Shown: piece by piece, positions 43,550-45,334 of the stretch
How positions within the stretch are numbered: the first letter of the stretch is position 1
Layout: each line of letters begins with the position of its first letter
IMG/VR virus record: IMGVR_UViG_3300012921_000047
Span: 1-45,334 of that record
DNA length: 45,334 nt
Reading direction: 5' to 3' (one strand)
Origin: a virus
Taxonomy: Duplodnaviria; Caudoviricetes
Notes under the pieces: generated by a model
Database searches by the model: none
What the model saw: only the letters and a program-made list of their open reading frames with translations
What the model was told of the DNA's origin: nothing
Translations under genes and position numbers: made by a program

Positions 43550-43996
43550 ATGCCACTACCCTACGAGAACACCAGCAGCGGCGAGCGCGCGGTGCAGGAC
43601 ATGCAGAAGATCCTGCGCGGCTTCGGCTGCTCGAAGTTCGGCCAGATGCTGGACTTCGAGGCCGGCGAGCTGCTGGTGCAGTTCGAATACCGCGGCCGGC
43701 CCGTGAGCGTGCGCGCATCTGTGAATGGCTACGCCGCCGCGTGGCTGAAGGAGCACCCGTACGGCCCGCGCACGAAAGCGACGAAGCAACAGCACGAGGC
43801 GCGCGCGAAGGAGATCGCCAGCACCGCTGTCTATTCGATCCTGCGCGACTGGATCAAGGGTCAGATCACCGCGATCGAGACCGGCATCCTGTCGTTCGAG
43901 GGAGCCTTCCTCGGGCAGATCCTGCTGCCCAGCGGGAAGACCGTGCTGGAACATGCCGAGGCGGCGAATCTGCTGCCGGGGCCGAAGGAGAGCTGA
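43550..43996 (+). CDS. conserved hypothetical phage protein
   Basis: GAGG RBS; SILRDWIKGQITAIETGILSFEGAFL. Confidence 0.75.
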   Translation: MPLPYENTSSGERAVQDMQKILRGFGCSKFGQMLDFEAGELLVQFEYRGRPVSVRASVNGYAAAWLKEHPYGPRTKATKQQHEARAKEIASTAVYSILRDWIKGQITAIETGILSFEGAFLGQILLPSGKTVLEHAEAANLLPGPKES

Positions 43997-44265
43997 TGCA
44001 CGACGGACTTTTCCTGTCTGACACCGAGATCGCGCGCATCTGCGAACCGCTGGTCCAGCCTGCGGCACAGGTGCGGTTCCTGCGCGAACTGGGCCTCACC
44101 GTGGCCACGAAGCCCAACGGCCGCGCGCTGGTTGTCCGCAGCCATGCAGAAGCGGTACTGTCCGGGCGGAAGCATAGCGAGCCTCAGCAGGGCACAACAG
44201 CGCCAGCTGCGGCACCGAACCGCTCAGGATTGATCGAGTTCATCAACCGGAGGCGAGCCGCCTGA
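43996..44265 (+). CDS. putative excisionase (DUF4224)
   Basis: FLSDTEI...AAQVRFLRELG...NGRALV...APN; directly upstream of integrase; start reassigned to 43996. Confidence 0.8.
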   Translation: MHDGLFLSDTEIARICEPLVQPAAQVRFLRELGLTVATKPNGRALVVRSHAEAVLSGRKHSEPQQGTTAPAAAPNRSGLIEFINRRRAA

Positions 44266-44266
44266 C

Positions 44267-45334
44267 ATGGGTCGTCGTCGCAAGCACAACCCGCTCGACC
44301 TACCGGACCGGGTGTATGCCAAGCACGGGGCGTTCTACTACTTTCATCGGCCCACGGAATCGCATCCGGCCGGCCGGTGGGAGCACCTTGGCACGGATGT
44401 AGGCCAGGCAAAGGAGCGCGCCAACCGGATCCGGCAGCAGATGGACGAAGGGTTCGGGACCGTCGCCTACTGGCTGGACCAGTTTCTGATCTGGTGCCGG
44501 AAGCGCGTCGCTGTCGGCGACCTCGCCCAGCGAACGCTGGATGACTACACCACCGACGCGGAGGTGCTGAAGATCTTCTTCGGCCCGCTCTACCCGGCTG
44601 CCGTCGCGCCCAGCCACGTCGGCGAGTTCCTGGACACGAACCTCGAGGGCGGCCGAGGCGTGCGGGCGAACCGGGAGAAGGCCTGCCTGTCGTCGATGTT
44701 CACGTGGCTGATCCGCAAGGGGCATGCCGGCGTGACGACCAACCCGTGCCGCGGCGTCCGCCGCAACCCGGAGAAGAAGCGGGAGCGCTACGTTGAAGAC
44801 GTGGAGATGTCGCAGGCCCTGAAGAACGCGCCGCTGATGGTCTGGGCGCTGGCCCACCTCGTCTATCGCACGCTGCAGCGACCCGAGGACATCATCACCT
44901 GGACCGAGCGGGACATCGTGCGGCGCCGCCTGCCGGATGGCCGGGAGGTGCGCGTCATCAGAAACAACCAGGCGAAGACCGGGGCAATGGTCGACATCGA
45001 GGTCACGGCCGAGATCGATGAGATCCTGATCAACCTGAAGGCCGGCGCCGGCAAGCTGCGCGGGATGACCCTGCTGCATCGCCGCGACGGGAAGCCATAC
45101 ACCTACGACGGGCTGTGCGCGATGCTGAAGCGCCGGCAGGCCGCCGCGAAGGTGGCCAGCTTCGGCTTTTACGACCTGAAGGGAAAGGGGGCGACGGACA
45201 TGTGGCAGTCCGGGGTGCCGCTGGAGGTCATCCAGGTGTTGTGCGGCCACGACTCGGTGACCACGACAGAGCGCTACGTGAAGCAGCGCTGGAGGGGTGT
45301 TGTGCAGCCGAACAAGGTCAAGGCGGCCGTCTAA
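44267..45334 (+). CDS. int: tyrosine recombinase/integrase
   Basis: N-terminal LPDRVYAKHGAFYY arm-binding segment; catalytic QRPED, KTG, YDLK, GHDS...ERY. Confidence 0.93.
   Translation: MGRRRKHNPLDLPDRVYAKHGAFYYFHRPTESHPAGRWEHLGTDVGQAKERANRIRQQMDEGFGTVAYWLDQFLIWCRKRVAVGDLAQRTLDDYTTDAEVLKIFFGPLYPAAVAPSHVGEFLDTNLEGGRGVRANREKACLSSMFTWLIRKGHAGVTTNPCRGVRRNPEKKRERYVEDVEMSQALKNAPLMVWALAHLVYRTLQRPEDIITWTERDIVRRRLPDGREVRVIRNNQAKTGAMVDIEVTAEIDEILINLKAGAGKLRGMTLLHRRDGKPYTYDGLCAMLKRRQAAAKVASFGFYDLKGKGATDMWQSGVPLEVIQVLCGHDSVTTTERYVKQRWRGVVQPNKVKAAV

Larger units (their letters stand above)
1..45334. mobile_element. temperate prophage with contractile tail, apparently intact
   Basis: Ordered lysis, tail, head, packaging, replication, immunity, recombination and integration modules with no obvious broken genes. 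Confidence 0.95.

Noticed and set aside
45300-45334. att site or tRNA target
   Set aside because: Window ends at the integrase stop; no tRNA or terminal direct repeat visible

Overview
The window is a near-complete temperate prophage of about 45 kb with high GC, probably from a betaproteobacterial host (inferred from gene content only). It runs from the lysis end at left to the integrase at right, and no att sites were identified because the window stops at gene ends. The minus strand (31.1 kb to 1) carries cro, a cII-like regulator, an SNF2-helicase/amino-methyltransferase fusion, a replication initiator with iterons, DnaB, RusA, a Q-position late regulator with a pR'-like promoter and terminator, terminase, DUF1073 portal, gpF, DUF2213 protease/scaffold, DUF2184 capsid, a contractile tail and baseplate, a short tail fibre, holins, a GH19 endolysin and nested spanins. 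The plus strand (31.2 kb to end) carries a CI repressor, a three-gene cassette after cI (membrane protein, thermonuclease, RsaL-like HTH) and the pL early operon (Fe-S PD-(D/E)XK exonuclease, RecT-like annealase, RMF-domain protein, SbcC-like ATPase, C5 methyltransferase, DUF4224 excisionase, tyrosine integrase). The immunity switch can be read from the DNA: operators TTCTGCG-N5-CGCAGAA lie at both OR and OL, and CI and Cro share an identical recognition-helix segment. The most unusual element is an 817-aa, lower-GC gene inserted in the head module that resembles a capsid anchor fused to a YetA/PcRGLX-like polysaccharide-lyase scaffold. All family assignments come from motif recognition and synteny; no database searches were run.
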